Positions 17,645 to 28,102 of a stretch of DNA of 64,000 nt are shown piece after piece. A program made the position numbers and the translations under genes. The DNA is taken from contig JAWOIO010000192.1 of assembly GCA_046484625.1 (NCBI GenBank), positions 1,979 to 65,978 of the forward strand. Direction: 5' to 3'. The stretch's first letter is position 1, and each line of letters opens with the position of its first letter. The notes under the pieces were generated by a model. That model worked only from the letters and a program-made list of their open reading frames with translations. It was not told the origin of the DNA and made no database searches. The DNA is from Acidimicrobiia bacterium (GTDB taxonomy: Bacteria; Actinomycetota; Acidimicrobiia; IMCC26256; PALSA-555).

Positions 17645-18527
17645 CCTCCGCCGGCGGCTCGACCTCCCGTCGCACCATGGCGAGCGCTACCGCCCGGTGC
17701 TCGCCCGGGAGGGCCGCGATGCTCGTCACGACGCCACGCTCGGTGTCGTCGACGACCACTGCGGCGCCGGCGGGTGGAACGAGGTCACCGTCGACCCGCA
17801 ACCCCCGGAGGTGCCGGTTGACGTGCCCGCGCGTGTCGATCCGACACACGAGCTCTTGTCCGAGGAAGCAACCTTTGGTGAACGAGACCGCCTCGCGCTC
17901 CAAGAACGCCTCCTGGGGGATGGTGCGCTCGTCCACGTCGACCCCGAGACGCGGGACGCCGGCCTCGATCCGGGCCGCTTCGTACGCACCCGGGGCGAAC
18001 GGCTCGACGCCGGCCCGCAGCAACCCGTCGCGGACGTCGTCGAGCGCGTCGAGCGGCCCCAACACGTCGGCCCCCGCGACTCCCGGCCATGCCGCCCGCA
18101 CCACCCGCATCCCGCGGTCCGGCGCGCGCCCCCACGCCAGATGGGAGTGGACGGCCTCCGGGAGGTCGATCCCCGCGAGGGCGGCGACCCGGGCCCCGGC
18201 CTCCCGGCCGCGCACCTCGAGGACCCCCCATCGCGTGCTCCGGTCCTCGAGCTCGACGTCGACCCGGATGCGATAGCGACCGAGCTGCTCGGCCAACACG
18301 GGCCCGAACCCGGGCTCGCAGTCGAGCCACCACTCGTCACCGACTCGCAGCGCCCGGAAGTCGACGACGAGCTTCCCCTGGGGCGTGAGGAGGAGTGAGC
18401 GCGCCCCACTGCCGTCCGGGATCGGGTCCAGGTCCTGGGAGACGATGCTCTGCAGGAAGGTCGTCGCGTCGGCGCCGCCGACGCGAACCATCCCCTGGTC
18501 GGGTCGGGTCGCGAAGTGCGTCGTCAT
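17583..18527 (-). CDS. ygfZ: Folate-binding YgfZ/GcvT-family protein
   Basis: GADATTFLQSIVSQD, LLLTPQGKL, and C-terminal FTKGCFLGQE (KGC[FY]xGQE motif). Confidence 0.8.
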   Translation of the reverse strand: MTTHFATRPDQGMVRVGGADATTFLQSIVSQDLDPIPDGSGARSLLLTPQGKLVVDFRALRVGDEWWLDCEPGFGPVLAEQLGRYRIRVDVELEDRSTRWGVLEVRGREAGARVAALAGIDLPEAVHSHLAWGRAPDRGMRVVRAAWPGVAGADVLGPLDALDDVRDGLLRAGVEPFAPGAYEAARIEAGVPRLGVDVDERTIPQEAFLEREAVSFTKGCFLGQELVCRIDTRGHVNRHLRGLRVDGDLVPPAGAAVVVDDTERGVVTSIAALPGEHRAVALAMVRREVEPPAEVSLRWGDGEVPARLQALPGS

Positions 18528-18575
18528 GGTCGACGCATCATGCCCGTTCCCCGGCCGGCGCGCGTCGCGGCCGCA

Positions 18576-20138
18576 TCAGGTCCTGCTGAGCCGACGGGAC
18601 GCGGCTGCAGCGGAGAGGAGCGCCTTGGCCTTGTTGCGGCACTCGAGGTCCTCGTCGGCCGGGTCGGAGTCGGCGACGATCCCGGCACCAGCCGAGACAC
18701 TCGCCTTCCCGTCTCGAAAGACCATGGTCCGGATCGCGATGGCGGTGTCGAGGTTGCCCGAGAAGTCGACGTAGCCCACGACCCCGGCGTACGGGCCGCG
18801 CTTCACCGGCTCCAGCTCGTCGATGATCTGCATCGCACGCACCTTCGGCGCCCCGCTCACCGTGCCCGCCGGGAACGTGGCGCGCAGGACGTCGACCGCG
18901 CTCCGGCCGTCGGCGAGGTCCCCCGACGCCTGGCTCGTGATGTGCATCACGTGGGAGTAGCGCTCCAGGCTCATGAGCTCGTCGACGCGCTCCGTCCCGA
19001 AGCGGACCACGCGACCGATGTCGTTGCGGGCCAGGTCGACGAGCATGACGTGCTCAGCCCGCTCCTTCGGGTTCTCCATGAGCTCGGCGCCGAGACGTCG
19101 ATCGTGCTCGTCGGTGCGGCCGCGGAACCGGGTCCCGGCGATCGGGCGGATGATCACCCGCCCGTCGAGGACCTGCACCATCGGCTCCGGCGAGGACCCC
19201 ACGAGCGTCGCCTCCGGATGGCGCACCAGGTACATGTACGGCGATGGGTTGACCTGGCGGAGCACGCGGTAGACGTCGAACGGATCGAGATTCTCACCGA
19301 CGTCGAACCGCTGGGCGAGCACGACCTGGAAGATGTCGCCGGCCAAGATGTGCTCGCGCGCGACCAGGACGGCATCTCGGTACGCATCACCGGCCATCGA
19401 GGACACGACGTCGGGCAGGTCTGCCACATCGTCGCCGGGCGGCGGGACCGGGTCGTACGCGAGCGGCTGGGCCAGCGCCGCGACCCGATCATCGAGGAGC
19501 CGCACCGCGCGGTCGTACGCCGCGTCGATCGCTCCTTCCGCCTTGGCGCTGTCCGGCTCGCCGCGGTCCGGGGCGTCGCCGGATCCCGTCAGGTAGACGT
19601 TCTCGATGAGGGCCAAACGTTGACGGAAGTGGTCGAACGCGGTCACGTGCCCGGTGAGTGAGAGCACGGCGTCGGGAGACCCGCGATCGTCCGAGGGCGC
19701 GGCGGGCAGGTGCTCGATCTCCCGGACGACGTCGTAGCCGAGGTAGCCGACGATCCCGCCGTGGAACGGGGGGAGCTCGGGGATCACCGGTGCGCGATGG
19801 AGGTCGAGCAGCGATTCGAGGGCGGCGAGCGCGCCCGCATCGCGCGGGACGCCGGCCGGCAGATCGCCCTCGACCTCGATCGTGCGCCCCCGGACCACGA
19901 GCGTGCACGACGGGTCGCGTCCGAGGAAGGAGAACCGTCCCCAGCGCTCCGCGTGCTCTACCGACTCGAGCAGGAACCCTGCGGCCGCGTCGGCCTTGGC
20001 GCCGACGAGCTTCATGAAGGCCGACACGGGCGTCTCGAGGTCGGCGAGCACCTCGCGCCACACCGGGACCACGGTGTGGTCCCGCGCGAGGGATCGGAAG
20101 TCGTCGCGGCTGGGCCGGACCGGCGCCGCCCGGCTCAC
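18576..20138 (-). CDS. trpE: Anthranilate synthase component I
   Basis: [48 protein letters not shown] 20138 gives a GTGA overlap with the hisI stop. The track start is 20183. Confidence 0.9.
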   Translation of the reverse strand: MSRAAPVRPSRDDFRSLARDHTVVPVWREVLADLETPVSAFMKLVGAKADAAAGFLLESVEHAERWGRFSFLGRDPSCTLVVRGRTIEVEGDLPAGVPRDAGALAALESLLDLHRAPVIPELPPFHGGIVGYLGYDVVREIEHLPAAPSDDRGSPDAVLSLTGHVTAFDHFRQRLALIENVYLTGSGDAPDRGEPDSAKAEGAIDAAYDRAVRLLDDRVAALAQPLAYDPVPPPGDDVADLPDVVSSMAGDAYRDAVLVAREHILAGDIFQVVLAQRFDVGENLDPFDVYRVLRQVNPSPYMYLVRHPEATLVGSSPEPMVQVLDGRVIIRPIAGTRFRGRTDEHDRRLGAELMENPKERAEHVMLVDLARNDIGRVVRFGTERVDELMSLERYSHVMHITSQASGDLADGRSAVDVLRATFPAGTVSGAPKVRAMQIIDELEPVKRGPYAGVVGYVDFSGNLDTAIAIRTMVFRDGKASVSAGAGIVADSDPADEDLECRNKAKALLSAAAASRRLSRT

Positions 20139-20530
20139 CGGAGACCGGGCTCGGCGCCGCTCCCGAACGAGCGGAAGAAGCACGACCGCTCACCGGTGTG
20201 GCATGCGCCCCGTCCCTCCTGCTCCACGACGAGCAGCACCGTGTCGCCGTCGCAGTCGTAGGCGGCGTCACGCAGCCACTGCCGGTCGCCGGACGTGTCG
20301 CCCTTGCGCCACAGCTCCCGACGGCTCCGGCTCCAGAACACGGTGCGACCCTCCGCAAGCGTCCGCCGCAACGCGTCCTCGTTCATCCACGCCAGCATGA
20401 GCACCTGCCCGGTGGCCTGCTCCTGGACGATCGCCGGGATCAGCCCGTCGTCGTTCCAGCGGATCGCAGCGAGCTCTTCGGGAGTGACGTCGACCGGCGT
20501 CGCCTCGGGGGGCGTGGTGGCGGGGCTCAT
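20135..20530 (-). CDS. hisI: Phosphoribosyl-AMP cyclohydrolase
   Basis: [36 protein letters not shown]...G.ACHTG..SCF. Confidence 0.9.
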   Translation of the reverse strand: MSPATTPPEATPVDVTPEELAAIRWNDDGLIPAIVQEQATGQVLMLAWMNEDALRRTLAEGRTVFWSRSRRELWRKGDTSGDRQWLRDAAYDCDGDTVLLVVEQEGRGACHTGERSCFFRSFGSGAEPGLR

Positions 20531-20647
20531 GAGTCCGCGATCGTACCCGTACGGCTTCTCGGCTCGACCGGAGTTCGATGCGGGTGGAAAGCGTTCCCGG
20601 CGTCGGAAGGCGCCCTACCGGCTCCCGGGGCGCGAGACTGCTCGGCC

Positions 20648-22861
20648 ATGCCCGAAGTGCGTCCACCGCTCGCACCCCGACGCCCGACCGTGCTCCGGAC
20701 ACACGGCGACGAGCGCATCGACGAGTGGTACTGGCTGCGCGAACGCGACGATCCCGAGGTCCTCGCCTACCTCCGGGCCGAGAACGAGTTCGCGCAGGCC
20801 GGCCTCGCCCACACCGAGGACCTGCAGCGCGCCATCTTCGACGAGATCAAGGCTCGGGTCGTGGAGACCGACGCGTCGGCTCCCGTTCGTCGTGGCGACC
20901 ACGAGTACTTCACACGCACGGTGGAGGGCCTCGAGTACTCGGTGCACTGCCGGCGCCCGATCGGAAGCGAGTCCGCGCCCGACCCGCGGCGGCCACCCGG
21001 GGCGACACCCGGCGAAGAGGTCCTCCTCGACGAGAACGCGCTGGCGGCCGGCTCGCCGTATTTCGCGCTCCGGAACCTCGCGCTGTCGCCGGGCCACACC
21101 CTGCTCGCACATGCGGTCGACCTCGACGGCGGCGAGCGGGCGACGCTCCGGTTCCGCGACCTCTCGACGGGTGAGGATCTCGACGACGAGGTCCCTGACA
21201 CCTACTACGGGATCGCCTGGGCGAACGACGACCGCACCGTCTTCTACGTGCGGCCCGACGCCGCGATGCGACCGTGGCAGGTGTGGCGCCACATGCTCGG
21301 GACGGCCGCGACCGACGACTCGCTCGTCTTCGAGGAGCCGGACGAACGGTTCTCGGTGCACATCTCGCGGGCGCGCACCGGCCGCTTCCTGCTCATCGGG
21401 AGCCACTCGAAGGTCACCAGCGAGGTGCTCCTCGTCGACGCCGACGCACCGACGGATCCGCCGGTCGTCGTCAGCCCGAGGACCACCGGCATCGAGTACC
21501 ACGTCGAGCACCACCATCCCGGGCGCGGGCACCCCGGGAGCGGGCACCCCGGGAGCGGGCACCCCGGGCGCGGGCCCGACGTCCTCTATCTCGTGACGAA
21601 CGAGGGTGGGGCAGAGAACTTCCGGCTCGCGGTCACCGACGTCGCCGCGATCATGGCGGGAGACGTCGGGCCGACCCACTGGCGGGAGGTCGTGCCCCAC
21701 CGGCCCGACGTACGCCTGGAGGCCGTCGACGCGTTCGCGGACTGCCTCGTGCTGTCCGAGCGCTCGGCCGGGCTCGAGCACCTCCGCGTGCTCCCGCTCG
21801 ATGGAGACCGAGAGCACATCGTCGAGCTCCCGGACGACGTGTACTCGGTCTGGGTCGGCCCCAACCCCGAGTACGAGACGGCCGTCCTGCGCATCGGGTA
21901 CACGTCACTCGTGTTGCCGCCGACGGACTTCGACGTCTCGCTCACGGACGGCACCCGCACCGTAGTGAAGACGCAGCCCGTGCAGGGCTACGACCCCGCC
22001 GACTACGAGACGCATCGCCACTGGGTCGACGCGCCCGACGGCGCGCAGATCCCTCTCTCGCTGGTCCACCGGCGCGACCTCCCTCCCGGGGCACCGTTCC
22101 TCCTGAACGGCTACGGCGCGTACGAGGTCTCGCTCGATCCGATGTTCGCCGTGACCCGGGTCAGCCTCCTGGAGCGCGGCATCGGCTTCGCGATCGCGCA
22201 CGTACGAGGAGGCGGTGAGCTCGGCCGTGCGTGGTACGAGGGCGGCCGCCTCGGGAACAAGCGCAACACCTTCACCGACTTCGTGGCGTGCGCGCAGCAC
22301 CTCGTGGACCGCGGGATCACGCGCCCGGACCGCCTGGCCGCGTCCGGCGGCAGCGCGGGCGGGCTCCTCATGGGCGCGGTGGCGAACCTGCGCCCCGACC
22401 TCTTCCGGGCGATCGTGGCCGAGGTCCCGTTCGTCGACTGCCTCACGACGATCCTCGACCCGTCGCTCCCGCTGACGATCACCGAATGGGACGAGTGGGG
22501 CGACCCGGTGCGCAGTCGAGAGATGTACGCCTACATCAAGGGGTACGCGCCCTACGACAACGTCGTGGCTCAGGACTACCCGGCGCTCCTCGTCACCGGC
22601 GGGCTCAACGACCCGCGCGTGCAGTACTGGGAGCCCGCGAAGTGGGTCGCCAAGCTGCGAGTGACGGCAACCGGTGACCGACCCGTCTACCTCAAGACCG
22701 AGCTCGACGCCGGCCACCACGGTCCGAGCGGCCGGTACGGGGCGTGGCGCGAACGGGCTCTCGTCCTGGCGTTCGTGATCGACCAGATCGCTCACGACGG
22801 TGCAGGAACGACCGGTCGCGCGCCGGGTCAGGCGCCGAGCGGCAAGATCGCCGCGAGCTGA
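20648..22861 (+). CDS. ptrB: Oligopeptidase B / prolyl oligopeptidase family S9A
   Basis: Internal ATG (MPEVRPPLAPRRP...HGDERIDEWYWLR). GGSAGGLLMG nucleophile motif, catalytic Asp/His region GLNDPRV...AGHHG. 737 aa. Confidence 0.9.
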   Translation: MPEVRPPLAPRRPTVLRTHGDERIDEWYWLRERDDPEVLAYLRAENEFAQAGLAHTEDLQRAIFDEIKARVVETDASAPVRRGDHEYFTRTVEGLEYSVHCRRPIGSESAPDPRRPPGATPGEEVLLDENALAAGSPYFALRNLALSPGHTLLAHAVDLDGGERATLRFRDLSTGEDLDDEVPDTYYGIAWANDDRTVFYVRPDAAMRPWQVWRHMLGTAATDDSLVFEEPDERFSVHISRARTGRFLLIGSHSKVTSEVLLVDADAPTDPPVVVSPRTTGIEYHVEHHHPGRGHPGSGHPGSGHPGRGPDVLYLVTNEGGAENFRLAVTDVAAIMAGDVGPTHWREVVPHRPDVRLEAVDAFADCLVLSERSAGLEHLRVLPLDGDREHIVELPDDVYSVWVGPNPEYETAVLRIGYTSLVLPPTDFDVSLTDGTRTVVKTQPVQGYDPADYETHRHWVDAPDGAQIPLSLVHRRDLPPGAPFLLNGYGAYEVSLDPMFAVTRVSLLERGIGFAIAHVRGGGELGRAWYEGGRLGNKRNTFTDFVACAQHLVDRGITRPDRLAASGGSAGGLLMGAVANLRPDLFRAIVAEVPFVDCLTTILDPSLPLTITEWDEWGDPVRSREMYAYIKGYAPYDNVVAQDYPALLVTGGLNDPRVQYWEPAKWVAKLRVTATGDRPVYLKTELDAGHHGPSGRYGAWRERALVLAFVIDQIAHDGAGTTGRAPGQAPSGKIAAS
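21515..21574 (+). repeat. In-frame 15-bp tandem repeat x4 encoding HPGRG-HPGSG-HPGSG-HPGRG inside ptrB
   Basis: CATCCCGGGCGCGGG / CACCCCGGGAGCGGG x2 / CACCCCGGGCGCGGG, read directly. Confidence 0.9.
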
Positions 22862-23688
22862 CGGCTCTGCGCCAGCAGCGTTCCGTCGGCGGCCCAGACC
22901 TCGCCGTCCTCCTCGAGGAACCCCCCGGCCGACACGTTGGTGCGGAACACCGCGAGGAGGAAGTCCTCGGGACCGATCCCGGGGTGGGGCAGTCCGGCCC
23001 GGAAGTGCACCGTCAGATCGACTGTCGGCACGACCATGGGGACCGGTGCGCGCGAGAACACCGGCGGGATCCACGCGTCGGTGACCGCCGCGAGCACAGG
23101 GGCGTCGAACGGCTGCGGCTCCTCCAGACGGATCCACCCCCCACCGATCGCCGCGGGTGACGGCGCACCACCGGTCCACGGCCGTTCACCGATCGCCCAA
23201 CGGGTGTCCCAGCGCCGCGCGATCGGAGGCGCATCGGCCGGCACGGTCTCGGCGGCAATCGTCGCCGGATCGGCGACCTCGGGCCGCACGAGGTCGCAGA
23301 ACTCGGGCCCCGGTCGCGGCGTGGAGAATGCAGCCACTCCGAGCGCGATGAGGCGATCGCCCTGCTCGACTCGAGCCGTGCACGTCGTCAGCGAGCGACC
23401 GCGCCGTTCGACATTCGTGGCGATGGTGATCACTCCCGCCTCGGGAGGTGCGACGAAGTGGGTCGTCAACGAGCGCGGCGCCCGGTCGGCATCGGCGACG
23501 GTCTCGCCGAGCGCCCGGAGGATGATCGCGGCCAGGTAGCCGCCGTTCGGGCCCCGGGCGACCCACCACGCCTCGTCGACCCGCGCTTCGAAGAAGGCGT
23601 GGGCACGCTCCGCCCCGGATCCCCCGGCCTCGGAGTCGGGGTGGGCGACGGGCGTGACGGCGGTGTCGCGTCGGAACCGGGTCGGCAC
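22828..23688 (-). CDS. Acyl-CoA thioesterase (TesB-like double hot-dog family)
   Basis: 286 aa. GPNGGYLAAI, RSLTTHF. Pattern typical of thioesterase-like superfamily proteins. Convergent 34-bp overlap with ptrB. Confidence 0.7.
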   Translation of the reverse strand: MPTRFRRDTAVTPVAHPDSEAGGSGAERAHAFFEARVDEAWWVARGPNGGYLAAIILRALGETVADADRAPRSLTTHFVAPPEAGVITIATNVERRGRSLTTCTARVEQGDRLIALGVAAFSTPRPGPEFCDLVRPEVADPATIAAETVPADAPPIARRWDTRWAIGERPWTGGAPSPAAIGGGWIRLEEPQPFDAPVLAAVTDAWIPPVFSRAPVPMVVPTVDLTVHFRAGLPHPGIGPEDFLLAVFRTNVSAGGFLEEDGEVWAADGTLLAQSRQLAAILPLGA

Positions 23689-23755
23689 GGCGGGTCACCC
23701 TACCGGCCGGAGCCCCCGCGATCGGCCGCCCGGGCCAGCACTTAGGCTCGGCGCC

Positions 23756-24406
23756 GTGATCGAGCGCCTGGAGCTCCCGTCGAGCGACGGCGTCGTGCTC
23801 GAGGCGGAGCTGGCGACGTCGACGGTGGCCGAGCGCGCCGCGATGGTCCTGTGCCATCCGCACCCGCAGTTCGGCGGCACCATGCGCTCGCTCGTGATCT
23901 CGGAGCTGTTCGGTGCGCTGCCCGCGGCCGGGGTGACGTGCCTTCGGTTCAACTTCCGCGGTGTCGAGTCGAGCACCGGTGCCTACGACGAGGGACGAGG
24001 CGAGCGCGACGACACGCATACGGCCGTCCGTGCGCTCGCCGGAACGAGCGATGCTCCGCTCGTTCTCACGGGGTGGTCGTTCGGGGCCGACATGGCCCTG
24101 TCGGTGCGCGACGATCAGATCGTCGGGTGGTTGGCGATCGCGCCACCCCTGCACTTCGCGTCCGAGCTGGACGCACTCGCGGGCGACCCCCGTCCGAAGC
24201 ACCTGGCCCTCGCCGAGCACGACGAGTTCCGCGCGCCCGCCGAGATCCTCGAGCAGACGGAGGGATGGGCTTCCACGACCGTCGAGGTCGTCCCCGGCGC
24301 GAGCCACTTCTTCGTCGGACGGACGGATCGGCTCGTGGCGGCCGCTCAGGAGTTCGTCGAGCGGGTCGCCCCGACCGAGAGCCCGGGAACTCAGCCGATA
24401 CGCTGA
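23756..24406 (+). CDS. Alpha/beta hydrolase (small serine hydrolase)
   Basis: Internal GTG (VIERLELPSSDG...). CHPHPQFGG, FNFRGV, GWSFGA nucleophile elbow, C-terminal His region. Confidence 0.7.
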   Translation: MIERLELPSSDGVVLEAELATSTVAERAAMVLCHPHPQFGGTMRSLVISELFGALPAAGVTCLRFNFRGVESSTGAYDEGRGERDDTHTAVRALAGTSDAPLVLTGWSFGADMALSVRDDQIVGWLAIAPPLHFASELDALAGDPRPKHLALAEHDEFRAPAEILEQTEGWASTTVEVVPGASHFFVGRTDRLVAAAQEFVERVAPTESPGTQPIR

Positions 24407-24409
24407 TCG

Positions 24410-24438
24410 GGCCGCGCCGCGACGCCTGTTGCGCGGCC
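24410..24438 (+). terminator. GC hairpin after the hydrolase gene
   Basis: GGCCGCGC - 13 nt - GCGCGGCC, starting 4 nt after the stop. No U-tract. Confidence 0.35.
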
Positions 24439-24473
24439 TGGTCGGCGAACCGCCACGACCGAGGACTCCCCCC

Positions 24474-26441
24474 ATGCCCCGAACCGAGGCCCTGGCCACT
24501 GGACGCGGCTCCACCCAGGCGCTCCCCTCTACCTTCGGCTTCAAGCCGGCCCTCGACGGGCTGCGGGCCGTGGCGGTCGGCTCCGTCATCGCCTTCCACT
24601 TCGGCGCCGACGGCTTCCAGGGCGGGTTCCTCGGCGTCGACACCTTCTTCGTCCTCTCGGGCTACCTCATCACCTCCCTGTTGCTCACCGAGTGGGGGCG
24701 GACGTCCACGATCGACTTCCTCGCGTTCTGGATCCGACGCGCGCGGCGGCTCCTGCCGGCGCTGTTCATCGTCCTGATCGCGATCGCGATCTGGGCTCGG
24801 CTCGACGTCAACACCGACCGTCTCGGTGACTTCCGGGCCGACCTGCTCTGGACGACGTTCTACGGCGCCAACTGGCACTTCATCGGCTCCGGCGAGTCCT
24901 ACTTCGACCTCTTCAGTGACGCGTCGCCCCTTCGACACGCATGGTCGTTGGCCATCGAGGAGCAGTTCTACCTGTTCTGGCCGCTGATCACGTTCGGATG
25001 CCTCCGGCTGGCCCGGGGACGAACCCGCGTCCTGACCACCGTGTGCGTCGGAGGGATCATCGCGTCATCGTTCGCGATGATCGTGCTCTACGAGAGCGGC
25101 GATCCGTCACGCGCCTACTACGGGACGGACAGTCGCGCGAGCCAGCTCCTCGTCGGCGCGTTGCTAGCGATCGTGCTCACCCGATGGGCACCGCGGGCGC
25201 GGAGCGCGCAGGTCGGCGTCCAGGCGGCCGGCATCGTCGGCGCGGCGTTCTGCCTGTGGGCATTCACGAGCGTCAACGACCGCGACTCGTGGATGTACCA
25301 CGGCGGGTTCCTGCTCTTCGCGGTCGCAACCGCGGCGGTGATCGTCGCGATCATCCAGCCCGAGCGTGGACCGCTCGCGCGACTGCTGTCGATCCGGCCG
25401 GTTCGCTGGATCGGCCAGGTGTCGTACGGGCTGTACTTGTGGCACTGGCCGGTGCAGGTCGCGCTGTCCGAGCCACGCACCGGCCTCTCGGGATGGGACC
25501 TCGCGCTCCTCCGCCTCGCGGTGACCTTCGCGGCGGCGACGCTCTCCTACTACCTGGTCGAGCTCCCCATCCGCCACGGCGAGCTCAAGGGACGCGTCGC
25601 CCGTACCGCGACCCCGCTCGGCTTCGTCGCGGTCACCGTCGTCATCCTCGTCTCGACGGCCGCCGCGACGACCCCACCGGAGTTCCTCACCGCGAACCCG
25701 AACGAGGTGATCTCGACGCCCTCGGCCACCGGTAAAGATCTGCCGCCGAGCGGGTCGCCCGAGGCCGAGCTCGGGACCGTGCTGCTCGTCGGAGACTCGA
25801 TCGCAGCATCGGTCGGGGACGGGCTCGGTGCCGAGGCGGCGACCCGCGGCATCCCTTTCCAAGCCGCGACACGCCCAGGATGCGGGATGGTCACCGGCAT
25901 CCCGGCGCTCCCTGACGGAACCGAGATCGCGTGGGGCCCCGCGTGCGCCGAGGGCACGCCCGGATACCTCGCGGACGCGGTCGCCGCGAGCGACCCCGAC
26001 ACCATCCTCTGGCTGAGCACCTGGGAGACCTCGGATCGGATCGTCGGCGGGAGGTTCTACGAGTTCGGGACGCCCGAAGCCGACCGGATGCTCCTCGAGC
26101 GGATGGAGGAGTCGTATCGCGTGCTCGCCGAGTCAGGAGCGTCGATCGTGATGGTCGCCAACACCCCGCGCGCGGCCGAGAGCGAGGTCCTCGTCCGCGA
26201 CCCCGAACAGGAGCGCGACTACCTGCACCTGAACGCGCTGTACCGGCAGTTCGCAGACGCCCACCCGGACTCGGTCCGGGTGCTGGATCTCTCCGCGATC
26301 GTCTGCCCGGGCGGCGTCCCGTGCCCCGCGGACGTCGGCGGAGTCCGCCCCCGTCCCCGCGACGGCGGGCACTTCGAGGGCGACGGCCCGGCCTGGATCG
26401 CTCCGAGGTTGTTCGACGCGCTCGTAGAGTCGAAGCCCTAG
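24474..26441 (+). CDS. OafA/YrhL-type acyltransferase-3 membrane domain fused to SGNH hydrolase domain
   Basis: Internal ATG. LDGLRAVAV..V...H, FFVLSGYLIT, about 10 TM helices, then LLVGDSIA...RPRDGGHF in the SGNH part. 655 aa. Confidence 0.85.
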   Translation: MPRTEALATGRGSTQALPSTFGFKPALDGLRAVAVGSVIAFHFGADGFQGGFLGVDTFFVLSGYLITSLLLTEWGRTSTIDFLAFWIRRARRLLPALFIVLIAIAIWARLDVNTDRLGDFRADLLWTTFYGANWHFIGSGESYFDLFSDASPLRHAWSLAIEEQFYLFWPLITFGCLRLARGRTRVLTTVCVGGIIASSFAMIVLYESGDPSRAYYGTDSRASQLLVGALLAIVLTRWAPRARSAQVGVQAAGIVGAAFCLWAFTSVNDRDSWMYHGGFLLFAVATAAVIVAIIQPERGPLARLLSIRPVRWIGQVSYGLYLWHWPVQVALSEPRTGLSGWDLALLRLAVTFAAATLSYYLVELPIRHGELKGRVARTATPLGFVAVTVVILVSTAAATTPPEFLTANPNEVISTPSATGKDLPPSGSPEAELGTVLLVGDSIAASVGDGLGAEAATRGIPFQAATRPGCGMVTGIPALPDGTEIAWGPACAEGTPGYLADAVAASDPDTILWLSTWETSDRIVGGRFYEFGTPEADRMLLERMEESYRVLAESGASIVMVANTPRAAESEVLVRDPEQERDYLHLNALYRQFADAHPDSVRVLDLSAIVCPGGVPCPADVGGVRPRPRDGGHFEGDGPAWIAPRLFDALVESKP

Positions 26442-26662
26442 GTCGACGCGCTCGAGGTCTTCATCAGGCCGATCCGGTCGAGAAATGCTCCGCGCCGCTC
26501 GACGACGCTGCGCCACTGCACGAGATCGTTGTCGAAGTGCGCGCGATCACCCTCTTCGTATGCGTGCTCGAGCTCGTCGAACGCGGCATCCTCCGCGTCC
26601 AACAGCTCCCGGTAGCGCCGGAAGAACCCCTCGTCCAGGTGCTCGGCATCGGTCATCGCCAC
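26438..26662 (-). CDS. Small acidic hypothetical protein (74 aa)
   Basis: GAGGAGG SD 5 nt upstream of the ATG. Non-artefactual composition (E/D/F/H-rich). Lies immediately downstream of hisA. Confidence 0.45.
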   Translation of the reverse strand: MAMTDAEHLDEGFFRRYRELLDAEDAAFDELEHAYEEGDRAHFDNDLVQWRSVVERRGAFLDRIGLMKTSSAST

Positions 26663-26762
26663 CTCCTCGTCACCGGCAGCACCGCCACGGTGCCACCACC
26701 CGGAAGGTACCCGAGCTGGGGCCCCCTGTCAGCAGAGCGCCGCGGCCGGCCCGGAACGGCCC

Positions 26763-27491
26763 TCATTCCAGCGCCGCGAGCGCCTCCCCGAGGGTGAAGC
26801 GCTGCTCGTAGATGGCCTTGCCGACGATGACGCCGGCGAGGCGGCGGTCACCGATCGCCAGGTCCGCGAGGGCCCGGAGGTCGGCGAGCGACCCGACGCC
26901 CCCGCTCGCGATGACGGGAACCGTCGTGGCCTCCAGCACCGCCCGCAGCTGGTCGAGGTCGGGACCCACGAGCATCCCGTCGCGAGCGATCTCCGTCACG
27001 ACCAGCGCGGCGACCCCGAAGCCGGCGAAGCGCGCCGCGAGGTCAAGGAGGTCGTGACCGCTCCCCTCGGTCCAGCCGCGCACGGCCACCTCACGGCCCC
27101 GGGCGTCCAACCCGACCGCGATCGCGCCCGGATGGAACGAGCACAGCGCATCCACGAGCTCCGGGTCCTCCACCGCGGCCGTCCCTACGACAACCCGCGC
27201 GGCACCGCAGCGGAGCAGCGCGCCCGCCGCCTCGACGCTCCGAACCCCGCCCCCGACCTGGATCGAGCACGGAACGGCCGCGGCGATCGCCTCGACGACC
27301 GCGAGGTTCGCCGGCTCACCCGTCCGCGCGGCGTCGAGGTCGACCACATGGATCCACTCGGTCCCGGCGGCGGCGAACGCCCGCGCGACGGCGATCGGAT
27401 CGTCGTCGTACACCCTCTCGCGCGCGAAGTCGCCTTGCTCGAGCCGGACCGCGCGACCGGCTCGTACGTCGATCGCCGGGTACACCTGCAC
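26763..27491 (-). CDS. hisA: ProFAR isomerase HisA (PriA-like)
   Basis: YPAIDV..G..VRL.QGD, HVVDLDAA, QVGGGVRS, VIASGGV. Confidence 0.9.
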   Translation of the reverse strand: MQVYPAIDVRAGRAVRLEQGDFARERVYDDDPIAVARAFAAAGTEWIHVVDLDAARTGEPANLAVVEAIAAAVPCSIQVGGGVRSVEAAGALLRCGAARVVVGTAAVEDPELVDALCSFHPGAIAVGLDARGREVAVRGWTEGSGHDLLDLAARFAGFGVAALVVTEIARDGMLVGPDLDQLRAVLEATTVPVIASGGVGSLADLRALADLAIGDRRLAGVIVGKAIYEQRFTLGEALAALE

Positions 27492-27508
27492 GAATCAGGC
27501 CCCCACGG

Positions 27509-28102
27509 TCAGAGGGTGCCCTTGGTGCTCGGGATCCCCGTGCTCTCGATCCGCACGGCGTCACGAAGCGCGACGGCTGCCCCCTTGAACGACGCCTCGA
27601 TCACGTGGTGGCCGTTGCGACCCGTGATCGAGCGCAGGTGCAGCGTGATCGCGGCGGCGACGGTGAACGCGCGCCAGAACTCCTCGCAGAGCTGGACGTC
27701 GAAGGTCCCGATCCACTCGACCACGGGATCGACCTCGTACACGAGGAACGGTCGTCCGGAAAGATCGAGGGACACCTGGACGAGCGCCTCGTCGAGCGGC
27801 ACGGACGACGAGGCGAACCGTCGCACTCCGGCCTTGTCACCCAGCGCGGTGGCGAGCGCCTCCCCGAGTGCGATCCCCACGTCCTCGACCGTGTGGTGGA
27901 GGTCGATCTCGAGGTCGCCGTCCGCCTCGATGTCGAGATCGAAGTGGGCGTGCTTCCCGAGCTGCTCCAGCATGTGATCGAAGAACGGGATCCCGGTGCG
28001 CGCCCGGGCCCGGCCCGCTCCGTCCAGGTCGACCTTCACCGAGATGGTGGTCTCCTTGGTGGAGCGCGTGATCTCGCCCGAACGTCTCGTTGCGGCACTC
28101 AT
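27509..28102 (-). CDS. hisB: Imidazoleglycerol-phosphate dehydratase
   Basis: Internal ATG (MSAATRRSGEITRSTKET). GIPFFDHML, DLHHTVED, GRNGHH..EA.FK. ATGA overlap with hisC. Confidence 0.95.
   Translation of the reverse strand: MSAATRRSGEITRSTKETTISVKVDLDGAGRARARTGIPFFDHMLEQLGKHAHFDLDIEADGDLEIDLHHTVEDVGIALGEALATALGDKAGVRRFASSSVPLDEALVQVSLDLSGRPFLVYEVDPVVEWIGTFDVQLCEEFWRAFTVAAAITLHLRSITGRNGHHVIEASFKGAAVALRDAVRIESTGIPSTKGTL

Noticed and set aside
20198-20647. 150-codon upstream extension of the ptrB ORF.
   Set aside because: It is antisense to hisI and the trpE start. The PtrB-type N-terminus (…HGDERIDEWYWLR) follows the ATG at 20648.
14475-21574. Short direct repeats considered as a possible CRISPR array or minisatellite locus.
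   Set aside because: The repeats are contiguous (no spacers), only 15 bp long, in frame within well-supported genes and scattered across loci. No cas genes are present.
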